DNA of 63,554 nucleotides, counting the filler, from Folioceros fuciformis (taxonomy: Eukaryota): NCBI GenBank assembly GCA_049999805.1. It is 4 parts of 4 records of this genome, joined end to end, with 100 filler letters (N's around TTAATTAATTAA, not from the genome) between each part and the next. Parts side by side here need not be neighbours in the genome. Positions count along the whole stretch, not along the records: positions 26,677 to 51,197 come from JBNGIO010005743.1; positions 51,298 to 61,802 come from JBNGIO010005746.1; 2 more parts are not named here. One strand, 5' to 3'. The position numbers were made by a program, and so were the translations under genes. Below, piece by piece: positions 49,460 to 61,902 of the stretch (its first letter is position 1; each line of letters begins with the position of its first letter). The notes under the pieces are model-generated. The model was not told where the DNA came from. It saw nothing but the letters and a program-made list of their open reading frames with translations, and did not search any database.

Positions 49460-51197
49460 TCACTCCCTCTCGTTTTGGGGCGAGATCTCAATTTTCCTAC
49501 TCTTTGTTTTGGATTTGGCAGCTCGGATTTCACACCTTTTCTTGAACACCTCGTCGGTGCAGCTGAGGAAGTATCCAAGGCTGTCAAAATCGCACCCCAT
49601 GGCGTACTCGTATCTTGGTTGTGTACGAGTTGATAGGCTGTAGCTCATGTACTGGGGAAAATAAACCAATTCCTTGACGTCCTTTTTCATCACTGTGAAT
49701 AGATAGTCCACCTTTGGCTTGATGCACCGCTCCAAACTGAAACCATAGATACATGGGTACAGGGCGATCATCCTGTCACCCGACGAAGAAGCAGAACCAC
49801 TGAATGACAAGATTGCAAAGAACATCACCAGGTGGCTAGAGGACAGAAAGGAAATGACAACGCACCTTGCAAAGTCGTCCTTAGAAATTCCGAGGCTTCG
49901 AAAATATTCTGTCTTCACACGGAGATTGTCGTCTATGCTGTAACTGAAGACTGCCGCCCACTTAAAGACCCGACTAAGTTGTGCGGGTTCCAACTGTAGC
50001 TCAGTTTTGAAAAATTCAGTAGTGTGCATTATCTTGCCTTCCAAGCTCAGGCTAAACAGNNNNNNNNNNNNNNNNNNNNNNNNNNNNNNNNNNNNNNNNN
50101 NNNNNNNNNNNNNNNNNNNNNNNNNNNNNNNNNNNNNNNNNNNNNNNNNNNNNNNNNNNGGCCAAAGCCTTGCATAAATTCCATAATCTCATCAATCTTG
50201 TTCATGGGAATACCTGCAAGACATGGATGCCTTGAATAGGCCTTGATAATGTCCTCAGGCTGCGGGAAACGGAGAAAAACAAAGAGACATCCTGTGAGCT
50301 CCAAAGCCTATCCTTTTTCCTTCAACCAATCTACATCAACAGCTGATAGGTCCAGAACAAGGTACCCATGCTCAGTTACTACATCTTCATTTTTCACAGC
50401 TTCATGATAGATTTTCACAAACCTGAAGGCCAAGGTCGAGGAGCTTACGAGTCAGGGGAAGAACCTTACGGTTCATGCTAAAGGTCAAAATCCGCGGACC
50501 ACGGAAGATAACTTTCGCGAGCTGCTTCTGAGAGAATCCCAGCTGTTGAAAATATTCAACCTGTATCAACGCAAAACAAAGAGTCTCAGGCACCCCTCCA
50601 CATCTCAGTTCAAAGGATAGTCATCCACACAGCATCTTTCCGGCTAGACCTCACTAGGAAGATAAGAGCGGGCAATGTCCACGCTTCCTGCACCTCGCAA
50701 ACGTCTCAAAACATATGTCCTGCTCGACATAGAACGACTGCTTTACAGGTGGTGCCATTCACCAGCGAATGGTCACACACTCCCCACAGCTAACTGAACC
50801 ATTCAGCCTCCACATTCTGCCCACGGAAAACAAGAGCTGACCAAACCAAGGGACGAACCACCACACCAGAAGGTGACGAAACGACCAACCTTCGGCCGCA
50901 GGGTCGTGCTCACGCTGCTGCTACACAAATATACGTTCTCAACTAAACACTTCGCAGCCTGGGCTTTACTCAACCCTACTTCATCGGTCAGGAAACTGGC
51001 AACTTCCTTGAACTTCGCCAACGATGTCCGAAAAACCGCGGATCGCACAGAAGACCCTGAATACGATTGAAGCTTGGCGAGGTCAGCTTCACTCAGTCCC
51101 CATTCCCTCAAAATCTGCAACCTTGTCTGCGCATTCGCACTAAGCATGAACTTCGAGTCCACCATGTCGAACTCCAGCTGCTCCATACTATTTTCCA
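49460..51197 (-). CDS. mTERF family protein (5' end and middle lost in gaps)
   Basis: mTERF repeats: SVSTTLRPKV, PRILTFSMNRKV, YSIDDNLRVK, FSLERCIKPKVDYL, FPQYMSYSLSTRTQPR. Confidence 0.88.
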
Positions 51198-51297
51198 NNN
51201 NNNNNNNNNNNNNNNNNNNNNNNNNNNNNNNNNNNNNNNNNTTAATTAATTAANNNNNNNNNNNNNNNNNNNNNNNNNNNNNNNNNNNNNNNNNNNN

Positions 51298-51422
51298 CGG
51301 ACCTCCATAGTAAGACAGTGGTGATGTGTATTGTTTTCATGGTTATGATCACCAATACCACCCTCTCTTCTCTCCTCTCCTCTCCTACACTTGCACGTAC
51401 ATTGGAGTCGATCCTATTGACA
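51298..51422 (+). repeat. Partial copia-3-family LTR
   Basis: Reverse complement of 25030-25154, ending ..ttgaCA. Confidence 0.85.
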
Positions 51423-51711
51423 CAGATCTCAGAGGTTAGAGTCATTGTAGTGACTGGAGTGAGTTTGTGGGCACCGAGAGAGGTGCAGCTGACCGCCGGA
51501 CAGCGAGGCCTGTCCTACGCCTGATCGGAGCTGGAGGGGAGCCCTCGGATCCATCATCGAGTTGATCAAGTCCGACCCTCCATCCACAGCACCAAGGAAC
51601 CCCATCGCTCCTTCGTGGGAACGAAACCCAATGTCTCAACGACAGTGGGATAAGTGTGGCCACTAAAGGTGGAACCCGTCGGCAATCAGTGCCCGGGGTT
51701 TTGCCTCCACA
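51423..51711 (+). repeat. 3' part of an Athila-like LTR
   Basis: Matches 62464-62753; ends gcctccaCA with no PBS after it. Confidence 0.85.
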
Positions 51712-52629
51712 TCGCTCATCACAAGGAACTGGCAGCATTGGCAAGGCGCAGGTATCTTGGGCCACATGATGACGACTGTGAGGCCCTAGAGATAGTGCCC
51801 CAACCAATAGACTTTCCAGAGGACAGCAGTATGGACCTGGAAAGCTCGCAATGGGAACCTGAGGAGTTGCTATGGGATAGGAAGAGCACGCAACAAGGGG
51901 TACCTACTCCCGTAGGGAACCTACCTACAAGAGGAGGGGAAGGAATGGTAGGTACCCTACCTATGGAGGGAACATTCCCACCCTACGTAGGGAAGGAGCC
52001 TCAAGTTGAGGAACAAGGGGAACCCTCCCCTACCAAACTTGTAGGTGGTGGTGAAGGGATAGCCTAAGAGATTCACACAGAGGAAGGTACGGTGGAAGCT
52101 CGTGGATCCAAAAGAAGCCGAATCCCAACAATGGAGGGGGTCCCAGTGGCTCAGCCTTCAGACTTTACCTCCCTTCAAGAGCCATCCTAGCCATACCTTT
52201 TTGAAAAAGGGGGTCAATGAATCTTCTATGGCGGCACCGACAGTCCTAATCCTCATCAGCGTGCACTGCCTTAGCAACTATTGGTAGGTCTTAGCCTCTT
52301 GGTAGGTGTGCGTAGTTAAAGCTAGCCATGGCTAGTGGTAGGTAGGAAGCCATCTGCCATCCTATATAAGTAGAACGAAGAACTTGAGCCAGGCCCCCGT
52401 TCTTTGATTGTAAGCATTTTGTGGCGAATAGAGAACCAATTTTCATTAGCCTGCGTAGACATCCCGGCGGAAGGGGGAGCTGTGAGTACCCTTTCTGTTG
52501 CCAATCGCAAAGGTTCTTTAGGGTTTAGGGTTTTGGGAGTGCTTCACATAGGGAAACGGGGAATTGGATCGTGCGGGAGGTGTTGTGAGGAGACCCGTGG
52601 GGAAAGGTGCTGGGTGTAGGTAGTTGGAA

Positions 52630-52995
52630 GTTGGTAAGGGGAGGTACTGAGGCCCTTCCAAGTGAAGGAATGGTGCCTTCCTACTAACTGGACGTGTTGA
52701 AGGTACGCGAGAGGTTGAATGTCGTAGGCAAACTTGTTGGTTGTTGGGCGTAGAGGAGACGAGCAGCTAGATTGTGGGTAGAGGAAGGTGTTGTAGGGAG
52801 CCTTGTGAGGGAAAGGTGTTGAGTGTAGGAACGTAGAAATTGGTAGGGGAGGTATTGGGGCCCTTCCAAGCGAAGAAATGGTGCCTACCTACTGACGGGA
52901 CGTGTTGTTGGATTGGTAGGAACGTGATTGGAAGGTAGAAATCGGTAGGGGAGGTACTGGGGCCCTTCCAAGTGAAGGAATGGTGCCTACCTATT
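52630..52995. repeat. Three copies of a ~55-bp unit in retroelement internal DNA
   Basis: ggtaggggaggtactggggcccttccaagtgaaggaatggtgcctaccta at ~52633, 52841 and 52944. Confidence 0.75.
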
Positions 52996-53129
52996 GATCG
53001 GACGTGTGGCCATATTGGTAGGTATGTGGTTGGGAGAGTTGACTAGTGTAGGGGAGCGATAGATGTAGCTGACCAGGCTCAGAGGGGAGCGATTCCGGGG
53101 AAGCCTACAACGACCGTGGGATTGATGTG

Positions 53130-53975
53130 GCCACGATACATGTGAGCGGGTTTTAGGTAGGGATACCATACCTGCTTGCCCACAATTCGCGCTCCTAGTG
53201 CCCTGGAATCCCACACCAATTTCATGAACCAGATCTTTTACCTTGCCTTGGCTTGGATGCTCCAACACCAGATGAGTTCTTTGCTTTCCCTTGTGGTTCA
53301 TTCTTGTTTGTGTACAAGACTCTGTCAGATTTTGTCCGTCCAATTGTGTGCGAGCTTCAACTTTGTTCTTCTTGAAAAAGTGCACCCACTACATCTGTGA
53401 ATGAGATGTCGAGCACTTGTCCTAAAGCAACGGCTTGCTGAGCAGCACAAAGGGTTGCACCATAGCTGGAAACAAAAGGCTGGTAGCTTTGTGGAAGACT
53501 GGTCAACAGTTGTGCAACGGCATCTACTTCGGGCATAGGTGATCCAAGTGAGGTCAGTTGTGATCTCGAATGCCTGAACTTTGCCACAAAAGTTGCAACC
53601 TTCTCCTTGTCTTTCATCTGTACTGAGAAAAATTCTTTTCTCACTGTACAAAGTGTAATTATGTTCCTCACGTCATAAGTCTGCGACAGCTGGTTCCAGA
53701 TGTCTTCTACCTCAAGTAGGTAAGCTACGTCCAGAACAAGTACCTCATCTAACCCACTGATGAGCAAGGCACATGCAACATTATTTGCATTTCCCTAACT
53801 GTCCTTGTCATCCTGTGTGGTGTAAGGTGGAGGCTTTGGAATTTGCCCAGTAACAACACCCCACACATGTCTGGCTTCCAAGGTAGCACGCATACGAACA
53901 CTCCAGATGGGGTATTTAGTGCCATTAAATATGTCACGCTCCTTGAACTCGATTGTGTACACAGGTTGGTAAACA
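53130..53975 (-). pseudogene. Copia gag fragment related to copia-1/2
   Basis: FKERDIFNGTKYPIWSVRMRATL; QMKDKEKVA..MPEVDAVAQLLTSLPQSY..DVVGALFQEE. Confidence 0.8.
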
Positions 53976-54829
53976 TGGGCTTGTGAGCCCTGGATAGGTG
54001 GGTTGGTTAACGAAGCGGGAGGAGGATTCAGAGGGGGAGGTGGAGGATTAGGTGGGGGTACTGAGGTGGAGGTGGGTAGCCCCCCAGACCACCTACCCCT
54101 CCATAACCACTGCCCAATCCAGTGTACTAGTTGCTGCCTCCGAAGCCTCCGTAAAGGCCGGCAAAAGGATTCGGGATGACTCCTCCACCATTTACAGGGG
54201 CATGAGATGATGCTCCACCTCTACCTAGAGTGGAGGTTCCCGCCAAAGGAGTAGTGGTGGCAGGAGTTGCAGCGGCCCTCCCTTGAGTGGCTGAACCTCC
54301 TGCCAGAGGACTGATGCCACTCCTGGTCTGAGCTGAAATCCATGTGTCGGCAACGCCCGTAGTAGAGGCACCGGAGCCACTTCCATCGGATGGGGCATCG
54401 CCTTCTATGTCACCTTCACCAGCTCCGAAGAGGATCCTAGAGCTCATGGCGCGCAGTCAGCGGCAGGCGAAGGTCGATGGAATGGCTGAAGGCGATTTGC
54501 TATTGGCCATCTGCAGCGAGCAAAACGTCGCGGGTAGGAGTGAAGAGTCACAGGCCACCTGAAATCTAACGTCCTCCACGTTTGCCTATAGGCGGTTATG
54601 GGTATGTACTGCTTCACCTCCTCACTTGCATGCTGCTTCAGAAAAAGTTCCACGATATCCTCAGGTCAGAAGGTGTGAGAATTCAAATGCGCCTCTTCAC
54701 ATCTCTCATTTCTGCACTTTGATGTCCGAGTACAATGACTGGAAGATCCCATAGCCGACAAGAAGGCTCTGGAGAAGAGATGAGGGCCAGGCCGATTCAC
54801 GATCAAAATTGTGGTACTGTATCCTAAGA

Positions 54830-56230
54830 TTAAGTCCTGGGTGTAGGCACTCCAAAGGTGAAATATACCCCTGCTTCCAAATATTGGTCTAGCTGCTCCT
54901 TCACTACCATGGAGTATTTTGGGTTCAAATGGTACTGTTTGACTCGGATGGGAATGCTCCCTTCCCTCAAATCAATCCGGTGCACGCCCAATTTCTCAAG
55001 GATCCCATTCATGTCATTGATTTTAAAGGCGAAGATATCAAGATACTTTGTCAGCAAGCTCCGGAAGGCTTCCTTCTTCACAGGGCTCAAGTATTTGGAG
55101 ATCTTCACTACCTTCCCTAGTGCTAACTCCAACTTCTCTACACCATGAGGATCCACGTAGGTCCCCTCAGGACTGCTTCCTTGGCTCACTCCTACCCCCT
55201 CATCTGGATGAGCAAATCCCGCCTCAGTATCCACGTGAAAGCAAGAGTCATTTTCCATCATCTCCTTACTTCCAAAATTCCACCCTGTGTACCCTTGGTT
55301 AATCTCTGATATACTCCCTTCTTGACTGCCTAAGGTGTACCCATCCGTAGGGGGATGAGTTTCCTCCCCATGTGGAGTTTTCTTCCAAGAGACATACGAA
55401 GCTCCCCTAACTTGCCCCTCATGGTCCTTGAAACGAATAGCTTGTCACCCAAAGTCAAAGACACAAGCTGTCTCGTAGAGCTAGGGTCTTCCAATCAATA
55501 CCTTGTATCCCAACTCTAAAACAGGTTTGATCACCAAATAGTCAAGCTGGTAGGGAATCCCTCCAATAATAGCAGGTACCTACTTCAAAACTCCCAAGGG
55601 TCGCCTCTACATTTGGTCTGCCATGCGCAAGTAAACTTGGGATGGGTGGAAGGTTGTGAATCCAAGCCACTTCGCCGTTTCTTCCGTCATCAAGTTGACC
55701 CATGACCCAGTGTCAAGCATAACCCCATGTACTAAGCATCCGGCAATCTCTATTTCAACCTCAGGAGCCCCTAAGTCAGCTGTTTGTACTACATTCACCT
55801 TTGCTACAATGGCCTCATGTGAAAGCGTTGCCGTGAGTATGTTACAAATGACCTCCTTCACAATCTTCCTGGACTTCATACTAGCTGCCAACAATTGCCT
55901 TAAGTTGATCACGAATTCGGTATTTAGTAAGGTCCTTACAGCTGTGGCAACTTGCTCCCGATGTTTCCTTGAGATTAAGCATTTCCAGCTCTCACCTCAG
56001 AGGAATGTTTGTGTATCCCATCTTCCTTCTCCTTCTCAACTACCTCAATAGGTAGGGAGGGATCCTTTTTCCCCACATAGTTTCTAAGTCTCCGTAACTC
56101 ACCTTCCAACATGTCTGCAACCTCCCTACCAATGTTAGGAGGGAAGGTAAGGGGCCCTTCCTCCTGTACACCCGTTCTGACATCTTCCATCATCTCGCTT
56201 AGTTGTGGAGTGGTGTGAACCTCCAAAGTT
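54830..56230 (-). pseudogene. Gypsy (Athila-like) protease and RT N-terminus fragment
   Basis: VMLDTGSWVNLM..LRMADQ; HRIDLREGSIPIRVKQYHLNP..VKEQLDQYLEAG. Confidence 0.78.
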
Positions 56231-56600
56231 TGGGGTAGTGGTTTGTTTTGGTTGAAAAAGGGTTAAAAGTGGTATGGTTTGGTCTTTTTTTTCTACTTCT
56301 TCTCCCTAATTTTTCTTTATTTTCTGGCCATTTTTCTCTTTGTGCTAATTAGGTTAATTGACCAGGAAATAGTTGGTTTGGTTATAAGAGTGGGTATAGG
56401 TTTGGTACCAGACATGGGAAAGTTTAGGTCCGATAGACCAGAGGATCGGGAAAGTTTGAGTCTAGGTTTGCTGATTTGGTTTATTATTAATTAAAGATAT
56501 CTAGTATTAAATGATTTAAATAATAATGAAATAATGGTTGAACATAGGAATGAGAATATGTGGGGTATGTCAGTGTCAAGGGTCAGGGTATGATGTCAAG

Positions 56601-57482
56601 TGTGGAGGCAAAACCCCGGGCACTAATTGCCAATGGGTTCCACCTTTAGTGGCCACACTTATCCCACTGTCGTTGAGACATTGGGTTTCGTTCCCATGAA
56701 GGAGCGATAAGGTTCCTTGCTGCTGTGGATGGAGGGTCGGACTTGATCAACTCGATGATGGATTCGAGGGCTCCCCTCCAGCTCCGATCAGGCGTAGAAC
56801 AGGCCTCGCTGTCCAGCGGTCAGCTACACCTCTCTCGGTGCCCACAAACTCACTCCGGTCACTACAACGACTCTAACCTCTCAGATCTGCGACTTCCCTC
56901 ACACACTTCACTCACTCTCTCACTCCAGCACCAACACCAGCAACTAACAATGACACCACTACCTTCTACACTTCCCTACTGACTCCTCCTACCCGGCAAG
57001 AGTCACTAGACTAACCCCAAACAAAAGGAAGAAGGGAACACACTTCCCTCTTGGATATCTCCCCCTTACAACCTTACCAGACGCCATTAAACATGGCCGG
57101 CCTACAACACTTGACCAAGCAAGGAACAAGAGTGGACAGGTTGAGAGAAAGACACATCCTTTACAATCAAGAGCTAGGGGCAAGCCCCTACACCCTGGTC
57201 ATTACACCTTGTGATCCTACCAGACACTATACAACCGGCAACACGCTGCCCGCGATCCTACCAGACACTGTACAGCCGGCAACACGCTGCCTGCGATCCT
57301 ACCAGATACTGTATAGCCGGCAACACACGGCTTGCGATCCTACCAGACGTTGCACAGCCGGCAACACACTGCAGGTCCTAAACCAAGCAGGGACAGACCA
57401 CAAGAGCTCATGAAGAGAGGACCTCCAAGAGCTCACAAAGAGATAGACTGACTCCCAAAGTGAATGACTCCCTCCTCCTACA
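56601..57482 (-). repeat. Athila-like LTR copy with internal ~39-bp tandem repeat
   Basis: Reverse complement of 61903-62753; starts TGTGGAGG; right boundary approximate. Confidence 0.8.
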
Positions 57483-57738
57483 GGCTCACCTGATCTTAGA
57501 GGAGCCTATCTCTCTCTCTCTGACTTCACCTCTCTCTAACTTGAGAAATATTATTTTAATAGCCTAGCCGGCTGTCACCAGCCACTTATTTAGACTTCTA
57601 GCACAACCTGCCACCAATGAGCTCCTGGCCCTGCCACCACAAGGATCTACCACCTCTTAGACTATCCTGAGACTTCAGAGGATGTCTGATCTTCAAAGAT
57701 CTGCGGACGCCGCCTCTTCCTTGCTGGATGGTCGCCCG

Positions 57739-58340
57739 CTAAGTCTTCCCCTGCAACTGTTCACCCTTGGTGGCTAAGCCAGCCTCTAGGGGAGGAGCAT
57801 GAGCAATGGGAAGGATAGAGAAGAGGTGGGAAGGAGTGGGATCAGCAGCTGGATGAATCAGCAGAAGGAGATGGATCAGCAGAAGGAGATGGATCAGCAG
57901 CAGATGGAGATGGATCAGCAGCAGATGGACCACTGGTCTTGTAGGGACTGTCCGATTGACACCACTACATCGTGCATCCCTAGCCTTATGTCCCAATTCC
58001 TTGCAAACTTGGCAGAAGGGAACATATCCCATCTGTCATCAAGGCTCAATACAATCACCTGCATAATGTCCGAGTACCCCACAATTATAGCAACATCTTG
58101 CTGGCACCGTGAGAGGTCGTTGTGATGAATATGGTCTCCACGGCCCTGGCAAACTTAGCTGGTTCCCATACCTCATGGCAGGAGGTGCAGCTGGTTGGTA
58201 GGTATGTCACATCGACTGCGACGGTCTCCAACCTGTCACATCTTGAACTTGGTAGGTCTCGTCTACGTACCAATAATCCCCAAGTACATAGGATTCCACT
58301 TGGTTCACAGCATGTCTTGGAGCCCGTGTGTGCACTCACG
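57739..58340 (-). mobile_element. Zinc-knuckle fragment (LINE ORF1-like or gag) with 18-bp repeats at 57840-57930
   Basis: CQVCKELGHKARDARC; gatggatcagcagaagga repeats. Confidence 0.4.
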
Positions 58341-58355
58341 ATGTGTCTGCCTTGA

Positions 58356-59575
58356 CTAATGAAAAATTGAGCAATATACTTGCTGCCTACTTGGTGATGG
58401 AGATCGGCCTGGAGTGTGGCTTTTGAGGGATTTAATCTCCAACTCCATGAGTCGCTTAGTTAATGTGTCAATTTGCTCCAACATACTACTATCTTTTGAC
58501 GCCTTCGCTAAATGACTTTGTCGTGCTCCCTTGTCCTTCACATCTCGCTCAAACTCCTCCCTCCTCCTATGGGCCTTAGCCAAATCTCGCTTCAACCTAT
58601 GGTTGTAGGCCTTTTTGGACTCACTTGCCGATGTCGTCTCTGTGTTTGAATCACTCCCACTTCCCTTCTCAATGGGGCTAGAATCCTCTGATGAGCTCGA
58701 ATCATCTGAAGATGAGGAGTCCACTCCTCATGAATGTTTCTTCTTCTTTCCCTTTTTTGACTTCTCGTCCTTGACGCTCCCTAGTTCAGTCGACTCCCAT
58801 TTCTCCGCCAGCTTCATTGCTCCCTCCAATGTCTTAGTGCCCCATCGACAAAACTTGTTCATCTCCTTTGAAAGTCCACTAACAAACCAGTCAAGGGCTT
58901 GCTCCTATGAGTAGCTTGGAGTAGGTAGGGTGCTCGTGTGAATTGGCGGACACTTGGGTACTCAATCCAAGTACCCATAGAAACGCTCCACATAGTTGTA
59001 CAAATTCTCTCGCCGCTTCCTTCTCAAAGTTCGTAACGTGACCAAGGTATGATTCGCATAGCTTAGACCCCTGAATCTGTCCAAGAACGTAGCTCGAAGT
59101 GAATCCCAATCAGGAGATCCTGCAGCTCCATAAGTCCGGCTATACCACTGTTGAGTGTGCCCTTGAAATAAGCCTGGAAATATGCGTAACTGGTCTGCAA
59201 CAGTACCTTCCAAGTTGGCATGGGAAACGTGCTTGAAGGTGCGAATGAATGCCTCTGCATCTGCATCCCGCTTCTTGTCCCCAAACTTTACATACTGTTG
59301 TCGTGTATGAGGTTGTGGCAGCCCACCAGCCAAAGGACTCACCCCTCCCCCACTCATAGTAGAGTTTTCTTGAGGTGAGGTATGAATGGGGAGCACAACC
59401 TAAACAACCACAACTTCCTGCGTCGATGAAGTTCCGGCAAACCTCCCAGTGAGATGGGAAAAGTTCAACAGAGATGAGCCGTCAATGTTTCCCACAACCT
59501 CCCCACGCTCTCCACGTTCACCTTCCTCCAAAAGAGAGGGCACCACTCGCCCTCCTCGAGTAAATCGAGTTGGTG
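58356..59575 (-). pseudogene. Athila-like gag fragment
   Basis: QYVKFGDKKRDADAEAFIRTF..FPGLFQGHTQQWY..WDSLRATFLDRF..RENLYNYVERF; paralogous to 63316-63554. Confidence 0.78.
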
Positions 59576-61802
59576 AAGCTATAACTCCTTTCACTGCCTC
59601 CCAATGCTTCCTGCAAGGGTTTGACATAAACCTGCTAACCACTCCCACTGCAAAGGCAATGTCAAGACATGTAGCAATCATTGCATACATCAAACTCCCT
59701 ACAGCTGATGAGTATGGAACCTTCTCCATTTCAGCTTTGTCCTCCGCAGAGCTTGGGCAATCCTTGCTTGACAGTTTCACATATGGAGGCAACGGAGTAC
59801 TTAATACCTTCCCCTTCTCCATATTGAAACGTTGAAGCACCTTGTTAATGTATTCAGTCTAAGACAAGTACAGCAAACGCTTCTGTCTATCTCGACGAAT
59901 ACGCATGCCAAGAATATGGCTTGCCTCTCCCAAGTCTGTCATGTCAAAGCGACCATTCAACTTTGACTTCAACGCTGAAATCTCATCACTGTTAGTCCCA
60001 GCAAATAGCATATCATCCACCTAGAGGACCAGAATGAGCAAGCTTCCATCCTTAGCTTGCTTCGTATAGAGGCAATGATCCTCATCGCTACGCTTGTAGC
60101 CTTGAGAAAGCATGAATGAGTGGAACTTGAAATACCACTCCCTGGGTGCCTGCTTCAAACCATAAAGGCTCTTCTTTAACCTGCACACCAGATTCTCTTT
60201 GCGCTTCTCAATGAAACCCTCTGGTTGTTGCATGAATACCTCTTCCTGGAGATCACCATGCAAAAATGCCGACTTCACATCCATTTGGACAAGTTCCATG
60301 TCAAGCCTTGCAACCAGACCAAGAACACATCGCAAGGTGGTCATTTTGACAACCGGTGAGAAAATCTCATCAAAGTCAATACCTTGCTGTTGCTTAAAAC
60401 CCTTCGCAACCAATCGTGCCTTGTACTTGGGTTTGCCATAATGGGGTATGTCCTTCATCTTATACACTCATTTGCAGGGCAAAGCCTTTTTGCCCTTAGG
60501 TAACTGAACCAATTCGCAAGTTTGGTTCATGTGGAGGGAATCCATCTGCGACTGCATTGCCTTCTCCCACTTATCCTTGTCAGTCACTGACATGGCCTCT
60601 TGGTAACAAGAGGGCTCCCCACAACCCGTCAGCATGACATAATCAAGAGATGCAACATACCTGTCAGGAGGACGTGAAATCCTTCCTGACCTGCGAAGTA
60701 CTGGCGCCTCGACGGGAGCTGGTTGCACTCTCTCCTCTTGTACAAGTGGAGGAACTTGTTCTTGCACATCACGACGTTCAATTTGCGCAGGACGGTCAAA
60801 TCCGTCTTCTTGGAAGACCACCCGTCGCACCTCCACAGTTGGAGTAGGTTTCTTGTGCATCTTGGTCTCATTGAAGAAAACGTCATTGCTGCGAACCATC
60901 CTCTTGGTTGCTGGATCCCATAGGTATCCCATCTCACCAGATTCACCATAGCCAAGAAGAATACATTTCTTGGACTTGGGTGCCAACTTGTCCCGAAACT
61001 CCTTCGGAACATGGTAGTATGCCTCACAGCCAAATACTCGTAGATGCTTGTATGACGGCTTCTTTCCAGACCACATCTCCTCTGGAACCTGTTCATCTAC
61101 AGCCCTATTAGGAGATTTGTTAATAAGATGCACCGCAGTAACCACTGCTTCTACCCAAAATCCATTAGGCAATCCAGAGTTTGACAACAAACTACGCATC
61201 CTCTCCTGGATGGTCCTGTTCATTTATTCAGCCACACCATTTTGGGAAGGAGTATACGGGGCAGTCAATTCTCTCCTGATTCCCTTGGAATCACAGAAAG
61301 ATTGAAAAGCCTTCGAAACATACTCTCCCCCATTGTCTGTCCTTAGACATTTCAGCCGCAGGCCAGACTGATTCTCCACAAGGGTGACAAACTTCTGAAA
61401 CACTATTAGAACATCATCCTTTTTCCTCAAAGGATAAACCCACACCTTGCGTGAGAAATCATCTATGAAAGTGACAAAATAGGATGCACCGCCTAACGAT
61501 ACAGTGGGCATAGGTCCACAAACGTCACTGTGAACCAATTCAAGAGGTTTACTTTTGTGCTTACCTCTTGCTCCATGCGGTGACTTCGTCTGTTTCCCAT
61601 ATAGACAATGCTCACATACGGAGAAATCGGAGAAGTCAAAAGCAGGGACGTAACCAAAATAAGATAGTATCTTCATTCCTTTTTGAGACATATGTCCTAA
61701 CCGACTATGCCACAAGGAAACACTTGGCTGTTCCGTTACACAAATCACATGATCCTTGATAGTGGTTACCTGAAGTGAGTACAAAGTGCCACACTTCGAT
61801 CC
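59576..61802 (-). mobile_element. Copia (Tnt1/Tork-like) pol fragment: pre-integrase, IN, RT with stops
   Basis: LWHSRLGH, HSDVCGP, RTDNGGEY, YKARLVAKGF, QMDVKSAFL, PYSSAVGSLMY. Confidence 0.92.
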
Positions 61803-61902
61803 NNNNNNNNNNNNNNNNNNNNNNNNNNNNNNNNNNNNNNNNNNNNTTAATTAATTAANNNNNNNNNNNNNNNNNNNNNNNNNNNNNNNNNNNNNNNNNN
61901 NN

